A stretch of DNA of 64,000 nt from Octopus vulgaris (taxonomy: Eukaryota). Shown here one piece after another: positions 46,951-59,436 of the stretch. The stretch lies in the NCBI GenBank assembly GCA_951406725.2, contig OX597816.1, positions 168,516,001 through 168,580,000 on the forward strand, read 5' to 3'. The position numbers were made by a program, and so were the translations under genes. The stretch's first letter is position 1. Every line of letters begins with the position of its first letter. Under the pieces are notes generated by a model, which worked only from the letters and a program-made list of their open reading frames with translations, ran no database searches and was not told the origin of the DNA.

Positions 46951-48789
46951 CTGAAAATGTAGTAACCTGCTGTGAATTTTCACATATTTGTTGTTGCTTG
47001 GTGTTTCCATCGTTATTTGCCTTCCTGTCTTCTCCAGGCAGTGGTGCATTGCTATTCGATGATAGTAATATCACTGATGTATATGGTAGCATATATTGAT
47101 CCATAATTCCAGCCATACGCTTCCTGTCATTTGCCAGTTACTCTCGTTTTTTTGTACTTTTGTGCACCAGATTCATGCTTTCTGAATGACATCACTAGAG
47201 ATCTGAAATACAAGTTGCTCAGTAAAAATAGCATGAAATTTATTGCATAAGATTAATGCAAGATTTACAAATGTTACATATACATGTAATACTCAGGGCC
47301 TTATCAACATAAATATGTATCTTGGCCAACATGTATTTGGTTTGTAGTGTATGCGAGAGATTCGAAATAAGGACACCTACTTTCTCTTCGCTCGACGGAG
47401 ACCTTTCAGCGGTAATGGACCCTTCAACGCAGCCCAACCTGAACACTAGAAATAGCAGCTGCTTCTCCCCTACCTTAACAATGTGCTCACGTGTCTCACT
47501 CCCTCGGCTACCAAGTTCCGGTCAGCTCCCCAGCTGCTGACGTCATCCCACATGGTTATGACAAACAATATAGGGGATACAGATACAAAATATAAGTGTA
47601 ATGTGTGGACGTAAGTTTAGCTACAGAATATACAGTGAAATATGAATTTCACTGTATGCAATATACGTATTAAACCAATTTCTGCCCAATATTCCATTTA
47701 GTGGGACGGTTCATTTATTGAGCTTTTTTTTTTTCAAATATCATTTCAAATAATTTATTTTCTACACAGTTGCCACAGATGCTTACATTTTGCTACCAAA
47801 GAATCCTGTTACCTTATTTCAGTGATTTTCATTATCAACTGGTGTAGGGAAGCTTTTATTACATTCAGCAGGTTCATAAGAAATTATGGGAGAGAGACAC
47901 AAGATCTTGGTTTGATATTTTTGTATCCTTGTTTTGGAGCTTGCCTGAGAAAGAACAGTGACATTCTCACAACTACGTTTAAAATATCCACGAATATCCA
48001 TTTCAAATCAACTTATGTTAGAATCTTTAAAAAAAATCTTTAGAAAATACTTGTATGAATTAAAATACAAAAAAATTTCAGTCCAAAACAAAAGCAAACT
48101 TTTTCAAATAATATATTTTTGTAAAATATGCTCGGATTTTCTCAAAGACTTGATAACAGTTAAAAACTTTGCAAGCAACTGCAATTCGCCTACAAAGTTT
48201 CCATTACTATGGAAACACCACGAAAGGCTATATTCCTCTCTGCTAAAAACAGAAGTTTCTAAGTTCCACAATGTCAATATGAATGCCGTCAGATATAGTT
48301 TCTGGCCAAGATGCAGGGTCAAGACGATGTCGAGGTATCAAGTTAACAGTTAAATTCTGTATTTTGCTGTTAGCTGTTGCAATATTTTGATTGGATAGAC
48401 AATTCTACAATTCAAACTGTAAAGTCAAAATACCAAAGATGCAAAATATGAAGAATTCCTTACCTTTCTCTGAAATCACAAATTCATGAGAAAAATAATA
48501 CTTTGCAAAATAAAATACATCGATCACAAACTAGTTACAACAGAAAAATTGAGATGCTTGGTGACAGTGAGCAAACAATATCTGTATCCCTATATATAGC
48601 CAAGATAGATACATACATACACATACATACAGACACACAAACGTCTGTGTGTGTGTGAGTGTGTGCATGTGCGCACACCTTGTTTTTGGTACAGAAATAA
48701 ATTTGTCTTCAGTTTTTATTGCCTTTGGAGATCAAAGGCCACTGTTCTGGGTACAAAATGACTAACTTTTCAACAACGTCAAATATATA

Positions 48790-49990
48790 TAGGGAGAATT
48801 CACAAAAAAACAAAAGACAAAGACAGGTGGTGTAGACAACAAACAGGTGTATTAGTTTAACACTCAGGAAGTGAAAAAGTCTTTAACGTTTTGAGCCTAC
48901 GCTCTTCTACAGAAAGAAACAAGGAGAGAAAATAAAGAATGTGTAGTTGCTAGCACTCTATCATGGCGAATGCTGGACAGAGTGGTCACACAGGAGAGCT
49001 AGGAAGAAGGGAGGATAATAAAGTAGTAGTGATCCCAAAACAAAGGTGCACATGTGTGTGTATAAGAGAGTATGTATGTGCATGTGGAAGAGAGGTAGTG
49101 ACCTTGAGGTGTGCATGTGTGTATGTGTAGGTGTTTGGATGTGGGGCTGGGAAGTGGTCAATGCTAGTGTGTGTGTGGTGGTATGATGTGGTGTTGTGTG
49201 GTATGGTAGTATATGGTGTAGTGGTGTGTGGTGTGGTGGTGTTGGGATGTGGGGAGGTGAGAGTAGAGAAAGCAAGGGTGAGGTGTGGGTTAGGATGAGG
49301 GTGGGGGAAGAGGTGGGATATATGGGTAGGCTGAGGATGGGGGTAGAGGTGGAGTCTGTGGGGATGGGTGTAAGGGATGGGATGGATAGGGAAAGTGGGG
49401 TCGGATTATGTAGGGTGAGGTTATGAGGGATGGGTGACGATAAAGGGGCTGGGGAAGGGAGAAGGTGGGTAGGAGTGAAGAGAAGAGAGAAAGAGAGTAG
49501 GAGTGAAGCAAGAGAGTAGGAGTCAGAGCAAGAGAGGAGAGGTGGGAGGGAGAGTAGGTGTGAGAGGGAGAGAGAGAGAGAGGTTGATGAAGAGGGGAGG
49601 AGAGTTGAGTCCATGTGGTGCAAAGGAGCGAAGAGAGAAGATTAATCCCTATTCACGGTGCAACTGGGAGTCCAGATGGCCCCTGTGCAAGGACAATCTG
49701 AACACAAACAGGTATTGCAAGAGTGACTGGTAGAGTGGAAATGGCGTGAGACCGAGGTGTCATTGCCGAGTTGGATGTCTTGGAAGTGTTCCACGAACCA
49801 GTCAGCCAAGCGGCATCCGGTTTGCCCGATGTATAGAGAAGGGCAGAGAGAGCAAGAGATGCAGTAGATGACATTGGTAGATGTGCAGGTGAAGGAGTCG
49901 GGGATATGATAGGGTTGATGATGGGCGCCAGTGAGGAGGGTGGTGTTAGAGAAGTAAGGGCAAGTGTGGCAGCGTGGGCTATCCACATGC
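48790..49990 (-). mobile_element. Penelope-like element 3' part (GIY-YIG endonuclease, low-complexity UTR, terminal repeat)
   Basis: RCHTCPY...SFTCTSTNVIYCISCSLCPSLYIGQTG.RL..F.EH (VIY-YIG with CCHH). The terminal segment recurs at about 56875-57050. Confidence 0.9.
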
Positions 49991-50154
49991 TAGAAATAAC
50001 AACCAAATCTTACAGGAATTTGCTGAGCGAAAAAAACTGCAATGAAATAATGAAAGAAATATGTAATCAATCTACTCGCCTCTCTGCAAAGATTTCTTTC
50101 AGAGAAATTTCCCTCAGTAAAAATGAGGTATACTGTGACAAAGTTGTATAAAAG

Positions 50155-50570
50155 AGACGCAGGAGTGACTGTGTGGTAAGTAGCTTGCTAACCAACAACA
50201 TGGTTCCGGGTTCAGTCCCACTGCGTGGCATCTTGGGCAAGTGTCTTCTGCTACAGCCCCGGGCCGACCAAAGCCTTATGAGTGGATTTGGTAGACGGAA
50301 ACTGAAAGAAGCCTGTCGTATATATGTATATACATATATAGGTATGTGTGTGTGTGTTTGTGTGTCTGTGTTTGTCTCCCAAGCATTGCTTGACAACCGA
50401 CGCTGGTGTGTTTACGTCCCTGTCACTTAGCAGTTCAGCAAAATAGAACGATAGAATAAGTACTGGGCTTACAAAGAATAAATCCCGGGGGTCGATTTGC
50501 TCGACTAAAGGCGGTGCTCCATCATGGCCGCAGTCAAATGACTGAAACAAGTAAAAGGGTAAAGAGAGAG
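50155..50570 (+). mobile_element. SINE family A
   Basis: Full-length copy. Confidence 0.92.
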
Positions 50571-51409
50571 AGTTTGTTGGAGATTTGACTTATTTCTGCA
50601 CTCATATTTTTTGTAACTTTAAAGTTTCATTTTGAGAAGAAGAAAAAAACACTTTCAGTTGTAAAAACAAAAAATGAACATTTTCATTTCACTTTGACAC
50701 TGTATACCTCATTTTATTGCGATCGTGAATTGTAAATTGGTTTCAACAAAACGGTAAGATAATTTTTGTAAACCAACGGAAGATTAATTAGCTATATTAT
50801 ATTTCTTATTTCAGATTTTTTTTTTTGTTCAATACAGAGAGGATGGTTAATGATAATTTCAAAACTTACGACAGAGTGAAATAGATATTCCAAAATCATG
50901 GCAACATTTGAGCCGACTAATTAAGAATTATGCGATTGTTGATATGTTTTGGTCAGAATTTTTATGGGTCAAAAAGTTAAAAGTCCATTCAACTATCTAG
51001 CCTGTCGAGTTAGCGACATCAATTACAAAGAATTGTTGACAAAGAAGAAGAGGAAAAATTGTTGATAAGAAAGGGAGGGGAAGCCAAAACATGCGTTTTT
51101 CTGAAAGCATGTCTTCCGTAGTTATTTTATGGAGATAAAAAAAAGAATCTTACAGGCATTGAAATGGTAGGTATTGAAAGACAGGAAGTGGGTGGACAAA
51201 AGATTTCATATTCGTTTTCTTTAAGCATGCATACTAGAAGCAAAATGGAAACAGCGAAGTATCAATATGGACGGGTTTCCTTCGAAACAAAGTAACCCTT
51301 TCAGCTCAGCTTCCAATAATTTGGACAACTTTTTAATGTGATGATAAATACATTACGTTCTTAAATTGATTTTTGAGTTATATAAAAAATTTATTTATCT
51401 ATCTATCAT

Positions 51410-51745
51410 AGGCGTGGGAACTTGGGCAAGTGCCTTCTACTATAGCCTCGGGCCAACCAAAGCCTTGTGAGTGGATTTGGCAGACGGAAACAGAAAGCCC
51501 GTCGTATATAAGTATATGTATATATTTGTGTGTGTGTTTGTGTGTCTGAGTTTGTCCCCCCCCCCCCAACATCGCTTGACAACCGATGTTGGCGTGTTTA
51601 CGTCCCCGTAACATAGCAGTTCGGCAAAAGAGGCCGATAGAATAAGTACTGGGCTTACAAAGAATAAGTCCTGGGGTCGATTTGCTCGACTAAAGGCGGT
51701 GCTCCAGCATGTCCGCAGTCAAATGACTGAAACAAGTAAAAGAGT
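51410..51745 (+). mobile_element. SINE family A with deleted head
   Basis: Body and tail match family A. Confidence 0.88.
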
Positions 51746-52841
51746 ATCTATCTATCTATCAATCTACCGCCCTGAGCTGGCCAAAGCCTTGTGAATGGAC
51801 TTGGTAGCCGAAAACAGAAAAAAGCCAGTCGTATGTATGTATGTATATATGTATGTATGTATGTATGTATGTGTGTATGTATGTGTGTGTGTATGTTCTT
51901 ATGCCTGTGTGTGTATGATTCACCGTATTTCGTCTTTGGTTCTAGACCTTCTAAGGTCTAACCATTGACCACAGAGCACACAGCCAGTTCCAGCGACAGA
52001 CAACTCCAGCAGCATTCAGGACCTCCATCTCCGTCGCCAACAACATCTATACATACACAGCGACATATGCTCAGGTTTAACTTCTCACTGTTTGTGAATT
52101 ACTTCACCGTGGTTAACAGAACCTGCGAGATCTTCCTGTATCAAGTAACCTGCTCTGCATAGTAGCCACAACCGCTTACACGACACGTGCTTCAACCGCC
52201 TATGCATTGTAGCCACAACTTCTTGTTACAGCACTTCAACTATTGTGTACCTTACTACGAACTGGTATTTATCTTCATTGTGTCTGAACTTTAAGCGTCC
52301 TATTATAAACTCTTTCAATGCTCTGTATTTTATCTCATACGCCTACACCTATGTTTGTACACACATATACTTTATGCATGCCATACGGCCTGTCTATTAT
52401 TATTATCATATATGTACTTATGTCGGACACACTCTGCTAACACCATAAATAAAACCTTTCTCTTAACAAAGTGTTGTCTTTCTTTTCCTGCTGACACTCT
52501 TACTCATTTATTTATTTTTGCTTTCATTGTATGCGACCGTGCGGTGTATTAAAGGAGTCATTCATCTGTCACCTCTCCTTCGCACGATCGTTCTACAGGC
52601 CCACCCACTACACTGTTTATATCCGTGTCCTTTATAGTGTTGCTATTGTTATCGTCGTTATCCTTGGTGGTACTTTCGCTCCTCACCTACATTGCTGCTG
52701 CTATTGTTCATGACCTTTACTTTTGATATTGTTGTATCTTTCTATGTTCATTCATGTTGTTGCTATTGTAGTTGTTGTGACTGTGTGTGAAGTTGCTGCA
52801 CGCGTGCTTGTGTGTGTATATGAATTTGCCTACTATATTGT

Positions 52842-53058
52842 CGGCGAGCTGGCAGAAACGTTAGCACGCCGGGCGAAATGCTTGGCAGTATTTCGTCTGC
52901 CGTTACGTTGTGAGTTCAAATTCCACCGAGGTCGACTTTGTCTTCCATCCTTCCGGGGTCGATAAATTAAGTACAGGCTTAATGTAATTGACTTGTTCCC
53001 TTTGTCTGTCCTTGTTTGTCCCCTCTATGTTTAGCCCCTTGTGGGTAATAAAGAAATA
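52842..53058 (+). mobile_element. SINE family D
   Basis: ggcgagctggcagaaacgttagc...gagttcaaattcc...gtcgactttg.cttccatccttcc.gggtcgataaattaagtac. Confidence 0.88.
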
Positions 53059-53089
53059 TATATTGTCTGTATCCATGCCATTCTCTACG

Positions 53090-53835
53090 GCTGAGCTCCC
53101 TTAACTCTTCAAGATTGCATGGGTTCTTCTGACGAACTCTTCTCTTTAGTTATGTCCACATTTGCTCAATGATATTCAAGCCAGGGCTCTGAGCTGGATA
53201 AATCTTTCAATACGCTAACACCTTCATCAGCCAGGCTCTGTTGTGTTGCACACGAACTGTGGTATGGCGCTAAAAAAATCATACTGAAAAATCTCGTCTT
53301 CATCCAAGTCTGGCATCAAAGTATCCTTCAACAACTGAATGTATTTGACACTATTCAAGTTACCATCAATTTTAACCAACTTTCTTGAACCATCACTTTT
53401 TATGTATCCCCGAAGCATCAGATTCTTACCCTCGAACTTCACTGTTTTCATCATGTAATGTAGGTCATTTTGCTTTCCTGGAGGCCTTCTGACAAATTCC
53501 CACTTATCAGAAAGCGGAACAATCCACGTTACACGATGAAAACATTGAAGTTTGGTGGTAAAAATTTGACGCTTTGGGGATACATAAAAAGTGATGGTTC
53601 GAGAAAGTTGGTTAAAATTGATGATTGCTTAAACAGTGCCTAATACGTGCAGTTGCTGAAGGACAATATGATACCAGACATGGATGAAGGGGCGAATGTT
53701 TAGCATGATGGAGCTCCATGCTACAGATCACGTGCAACACAACATAGTCTGGCTGATGAAGGTTTTACTGTATTGAAAGATTGGCCAGCTCAGAGCCCTG
53801 ACTTAAATATCATTGAGCAAATGTGGACAGAACTC
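53090..53835. mobile_element. Two inverted Tc1 (DD34E) transposase fragments
   Basis: Minus strand: KTVKFEGKNLMLRGYIKSDG...IDGNLNSVKYIQLL. Plus strand: KTLKFGGKNLTLWGYI...HDGAPC...WPAQSPDLNIIEQMW. Confidence 0.88.
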
Positions 53836-53939
53836 TTCGAACTTTTCGAACTATAAAGCCTTGTTTTATAGTAGTTAACTGTAGTACTACATGATAAGAC
53901 TTTCCCTGTCCCATTAGCATTGGTCTGCTTAATAGCAGC

Positions 53940-54450
53940 CAACATCTTGTTTGAAGTATTCTCTTACTAAACCTCATGAAATTGCTTCAAATAAATCTTG
54001 ATTTTATGACTATACCATTTAGAATGTCTGTCTACTCCACCAACTCTAACCCAAACAGATACTACTCTCTGTCTTCTCTCAGCCTTAAATATACAAAGGA
54101 TTTGATAAACTAGTCTATAAAATAAAAACTGACCTCCCACCCCTTATATAAAACTAAATAATAGAAAAATTAGTGATAGGCAGTGTCTTCTTGAAAAAAA
54201 TTTCCTTTACAACTATGATGTTGTTGGTAAAACATGTTCTTTGTCTATCTCCTTATCCTCTTGGTGATTTTGGGTAAAATTATACTAATGTATCCTTCTA
54301 ATTTAATTAAGTTCTATGTCTTTGTGCAGCTGAAGATTGCTCTACATTTTAAATTGATGTAATGAAATGATTGCATTGTTCAATTAAATGGAGCCACATG
54401 AAATGTTCGTACTGTATTACCTCTGGATATCCTTGTTGCTTATTTTGATT
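53940..54450 (+). mobile_element. Penelope-like terminal-repeat-derived element (family of 3105-3990)
   Basis: Collinear with 3580-3990 and ends in a (TA)n tract. Confidence 0.7.
54324..54417 (+). ncRNA. Type I hammerhead ribozyme motif
   Basis: GUGCAG-CUGAAGA-[about 63-nt helix II: GCUC/GAGC, CAUUU..AAUUGA/UCAAUUAAAUG]-GAAA-UGUUCG-UA-CUGUAU, with a 6-bp helix I. Confidence 0.68.
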
Positions 54451-54461
54451 ATATATATATA

Positions 54462-54844
54462 CTAGCAGTATCGCCCGGCGTTGCTCAGGTTTGTAAGGGA
54501 AATAACTATAAAGCATTTTTAGAGAGTTATAGCCAAAAAATAGCAAAAAAATGGAAAAAAAATGATGGTAAATTTTTTTGAGAGTTAAAAAAGGTGGAGT
54601 TGCATCCCCTAGACGGTCTGTGGTTTGGGTTTCTGATTCTCGACCCCATGTCGAATTTATCGATTTTTTTCAGAACTGGGGGAACTTTTCAAAATTTTCG
54701 CTGCGTTAGTTTTGAATTATGACATTGGGCTATGTGTGTGTCAAGTTTCATCAGAATCGGTTGAAAGCCGTGGTCAGAGTGAGGGTACGAGAAAACAGAC
54801 ACACAGAAAACGCACAGACAAACTGCCGTTTATATAGAGAGAGA
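54462..54844 (-). mobile_element. Non-autonomous Helitron (3' end shared with the 8039 family, different 5' part)
   Basis: Minus strand reads TCTCTCTATATAAAC...CCTGAGCAACGCCGGGCGATACTGCTAG|T. Confidence 0.82.
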
Positions 54845-54879
54845 TATACATATATATGTATGTATGTATGTATGTATAA

Positions 54880-55084
54880 GTTTGTGTGTCTGTGTGTCTC
54901 CCCCACTCACCATCGCTTGACAACCGATGTTGGTGTGTCTATGTCCTGTTACTTAGCGGTTCAGCAAAAAACCGATAGAATAAGTACTAGTCTTACAAAC
55001 AATAAGTTCTGGGGTTTGAATTGTTCGACTAAAGGTGGTGCTCCAGCATGGCTGCAGTCAAATGAGCGAAACAAATAAAAGAGT
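54880..55084 (+). mobile_element. SINE family A, 3' half
   Basis: Diverged tail region. Confidence 0.8.
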
Positions 55085-55280
55085 ACTTATTATTATTTTC
55101 CAACATTGACAGTTCACATTATCTTTTCTTTCTTAGCATTAAATTTTTTCTAATGAAGGAACTTTTTAAACTGCAAAAAGGACAATTCATTTTACTACAA
55201 AGAAAATGATAATGAATTGTAGTGGTACATTTCACATCATATTATCTCTCTCTCTCTCTCTTTGGATGTATGTATGTATG

Positions 55281-55312
<32 letters not shown>

Positions 55313-55507
55313 TGCAGCATGAAGCTTTGTCAGTGAACAGGTCGCGGTCTCAAAGCGACGAAAATATTTTGACAAATTAAATTTAAATGTTGAAGTGAAT
55401 TTAACGGTTTTGTGTGTTTCTTAAATGGCTTATAAACACCTTCCACGCTGCAATTGTTTTCGTTCCAGCACACGATCTCAGATCAAGTCACTCGCTATGC
55501 AAGTACA

Positions 55508-56162
<655 letters not shown>

Positions 56163-56246
56163 GTCTCTCTCTGTCTCTCTTTCTCTCAAAAAAAGTAATA
56201 TTTTGCTCTCGTTCCTTTATTTTGTTTCGCTACTATGCTTAAGTGT

Positions 56247-56580
56247 GAAGGTGAATGACTCAGTGGTTAGAGTGTCGAGCTTACAATCATGAGGTTGTGA
56301 GTTTGATTCCCGGACCAGGCTGTGTGTTGTGTTCTTGAGCAAGACACTTTATTTCATGTTGCTCCAGTTAACTCAGCTGTAGAAATGAGTTGCGACATCA
56401 CTGGTGCCAAACTGTATCGGTCTTTGCCTTTCCCTTGGATAACATCAGTGGTATGAAGAGGGAAGGCTGGTATGCATGGGCGACTGCTGGCCTTCCACAA
56501 ACAACCTTGCCCAGACTTGTGCCTCGGAGGGTAACTTTCTAGGTGCAATCCCATGGTCAATCATGACCAAAGGAGGTCTC
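56247..56580 (+). mobile_element. CORE-like tRNA SINE (family E)
   Basis: A-box tgactcagtggttaga, B-box gagtttgattccc and CORE-like gttcttgagcaagacacttta. Confidence 0.8.
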
Positions 56581-57204
56581 CTCATGCTTAAGTACAATTT
56601 TCATTGGAAGAGCTAAATTTGAATAAATCTAGGGCTGATCATTATTCTTTCTCACATAATGAAACTGTAATATCATTAAATGAAAAAGCCTGTCCATTAA
56701 CAAGATAGCCTGAATCTGCAAAGCAATTATTTTTTTGTTTTTGTACTATACGTTCCCCTAATCTTCCCTTTAACCAACCCTTTTTCTAACCTATTTGCTT
56801 AATTTATTTCCTAATCTTTAAAGACTGTATTGACTTAATTTACTAACCTGACCAAAGTATAAAAAGAAAAGCTGGAATTTACAAAAAAAAACAAAGCAAA
56901 AGATGAAGACGGGTTTATAAACAACAAACAGATTTATTAGTTTAACGCTTGGGAAGTGAGAAAGTTTTTTATGCTTCAAGCCTACATTCTTCAACAGAAA
57001 AGAACACAGAAATAAACTGAGAGAGAAAATAAAAAAGGTTTAGTGGCTAGTAAGCAGAGAACTTGACTAACCCTATTCTTTGGATTAATCCTTCTCAAAA
57101 CAGAAACAGTAGTTGGCAAAGATTCTTCCAGTGGGTGGAAAAGCCAATAGGTAAAAACCTGAAGTCCTGGTCAAATTAGCTGAGATGGGTCAAATTAGCT
57201 GAGT

Positions 57205-57360
57205 AGGCGCAGGCATGGCTGTGTGGTTAGGGAGCTTTCTTCCTAACTACATGGTTTCGGGTTCAGTCCCACTGCGTGGCACTTTGGGTAGGTGTCTTCT
57301 GCTATAGCCCCGAGCCGACCGGAGCTTTGTGATTGAATTCGGTAGGCAGGAGTTACTGCC
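57205..57360 (+). mobile_element. SINE family A, old 5' half
   Basis: aggcgcaggcatggctgtgtgg...gggttcagtcccactgcgtggcac. Confidence 0.8.
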
Positions 57361-57530
57361 ATGTGTGTATGTGTGCGTATAGCTGCTCAGTGCCTCTCCG
57401 AAAGAGAGAGAGGGAGGGTTGTCATGGTCCAAATCATTACCTGTTGGGAACTACCACTTCCATAGACTGATTCTCACACTTGTCTTTTGATTTAGTTTCT
57501 TCAGAAGGATGCCCCTCCAATCACCAACCT

Positions 57531-57760
57531 ATTTCTTTACTACCCACAAGGGGCTAAACACAGAGGGGACAAACAAGGACAGACAAAGGGATTAAGTCGA
57601 TTACATCGACCCCAGTTCGTAACTGGTACTTAATTTATCAAGCCCGAAAGGATGAAAGGCAAAGTCGACCTTGGCGGAATTTGACCGCAGAATGCAGCGG
57701 CAGACGAAATACCGCTAGGCATTTCGCCCGGCGTGCTAACGTTTCTGCCAGCTCGACACC
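57531..57760 (-). mobile_element. SINE family D, full length
   Basis: Reverse complement of the 52842 copy. Confidence 0.88.
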
Positions 57761-58454
57761 TTATATCACCTCCTATCACCAACCACTATACAGAGTGCAC
57801 TGGGTGTCTTTTCCATGGTACCAACACTAAAGATGTTGAACTCTCTGCATTCTCTGTTCAATTTACCAACCATGTCACTGGGTGAATGCATTTTGTGATA
57901 CAGCACAGAAAGAACTGCTTCATTCACTGCCAGTTTAAGAGAGTGTATGCTGATGTCTGACACCAGTACAGGAGAGTTAGTATCTTGCAAACAGGACAAT
58001 GTTGATAATATTTAGAGCTTGGAAAGGAGAAATAAGAGAGATGAATGTCAGTAGTGAAACTGAAAGTGGTTGAGGGAAGCTAGGGAAATGTCGAGAGGAC
58101 ATGTAACAGTTACTCAAGGAGAGAATTAGAGGAGAAAACAATAACATTAGATGGAACTTGATGTCTAAATGGAAGAAAGGGACAGTAGTATTATGTAATT
58201 AGCAAGGTTATTTGTAGTGAAATTGGGTACGGAATAATTGGCAATGAATGGCAGAGGTGGAGATAGGTAAGGGTGGATGATGGTATAAGGCGAAGATTAG
58301 GTGGTAGGTGGTAACAGGAGTGGTCTTGTGGGGAGTGTAATGGCTGTTGTAGAGAAGGGTAAAAGGGTACAAAATGGAAATTCAGAGCCATGAAAATGAT
58401 CCCTAGTAAAGGGATGAAGGTGAACTGATACAGACTTATTGAACTGACAGACAG

Positions 58455-58466
58455 GTAGGTAGATAG

Positions 58467-58522
<56 letters not shown>

Positions 58523-58545
58523 AGATAGACAGATAGATAGATGGT

Positions 58546-58579
<34 letters not shown>

Positions 58580-58808
58580 TGTTTCTTTATTAGCCACATG
58601 GGCTGCACACAGACAGGACAAAATTACAAGGTAGAGCTTTTCTTTTGGGGGTAAAAGAAGGGGGTTTGGTTTTCGATCAAAAGGGATCGTAAATGGAAAG
58701 AAAGAGGACAAAAAAAGGGGGAGATAAAATAAAATTTAAAAAAATAAAAAGATAGATAGATAGTTAGATAGATAGATAGATAGATGGTTAGATAGATAGA
58801 TAGATGGT

Positions 58809-58874
<66 letters not shown>

Positions 58875-58875
58875 C
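58455..58875. repeat. (GATA)n microsatellite split by a 170-bp insert
   Basis: GATA tracts at 58455-58580 and 58750-58875. Confidence 0.9.
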
Positions 58876-59048
58876 TGCATGTGTGTGTGTGGTCAAATAA
58901 TGAAGGGGAAAAGGGATTAAAGAATGAAGCAAATACTTTATATACACTCTATAGAGATGAAACTCAACTGACTAAATTGTCCAGTGAATGCCACAGTCGT
59001 CCATGTAGGTTGTAAATTCATTTTCTGTCACCTGTCCAATATGTAAGT

Positions 59049-59436
59049 GGAGGCGCAATGGCCCAGTGGTTAGGGCAGCGGACTCGCGGTCATAGGATCG
59101 CGGTTTCGATTCCCAGACCGGGCGTTGTGAGTGTTTATTGAGCGAAAACACCTAAAAGCTCCACGAGGCTCCGGCATGGGGTGGTGACGATCCCTGCTGT
59201 ACTCTTTCACCACAACTTTCTCTCATTCTTACTTCCTGTTTCTGTTGTACCTGTATTTCAAGGGGCTGGCCTTGTAACTCTCTGTGTCATGCTGAATATC
59301 CCCGAGAACTACATTAAGGGTGCACGTGTCTGTGGAGTGCTCAGCCACTTACACGTTAATTTCACGAGCAGGCTGTTCCGTTGATTCGGATCAACCGGAA
59401 CCCTCATCGTCGTTGCCGATGGAGTGCTTCCATCCA
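59049..59436 (+). mobile_element. SINE family B
   Basis: 14-bp TSD TCCAATATGTAAGT. Confidence 0.94.

Larger units (their letters stand above)
44483..47192 (-). pseudogene. hAT transposase pseudogene (DUF4371 + dimerization domain)
   Basis: MSFRKHESGAQK start, NGNFVGELQLLAKFDPILVEHL, CRGQSYDNG, and FPNVLMALRIILLMPVNVASRERSFPKLKLIKSYLQSTM. Contains frameshifts and two family C insertions. Confidence 0.92.
43396..47200 (-). mobile_element. Decayed hAT transposon (Tip100/ZMYM1-like transposase)
   Basis: CAGGG terminus at 43396 and transposase remnants at 44483-47192. The other terminus was not found. Confidence 0.8.

Noticed and set aside
44483-47192. Domesticated ZMYM1-like host gene
   Set aside because: Multiple frameshifts, stops, deletions and two retroposon insertions mark it as a dead transposase.
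48961-49623. 220-aa Pro/His/Ser/Leu-rich ORF
   Set aside because: Low-complexity 3' region of the Penelope-like element.
59049-59125. tRNA gene
   Set aside because: tRNA-derived SINE head with A/B boxes but no proper acceptor stem. It continues into a SINE body with TSDs.
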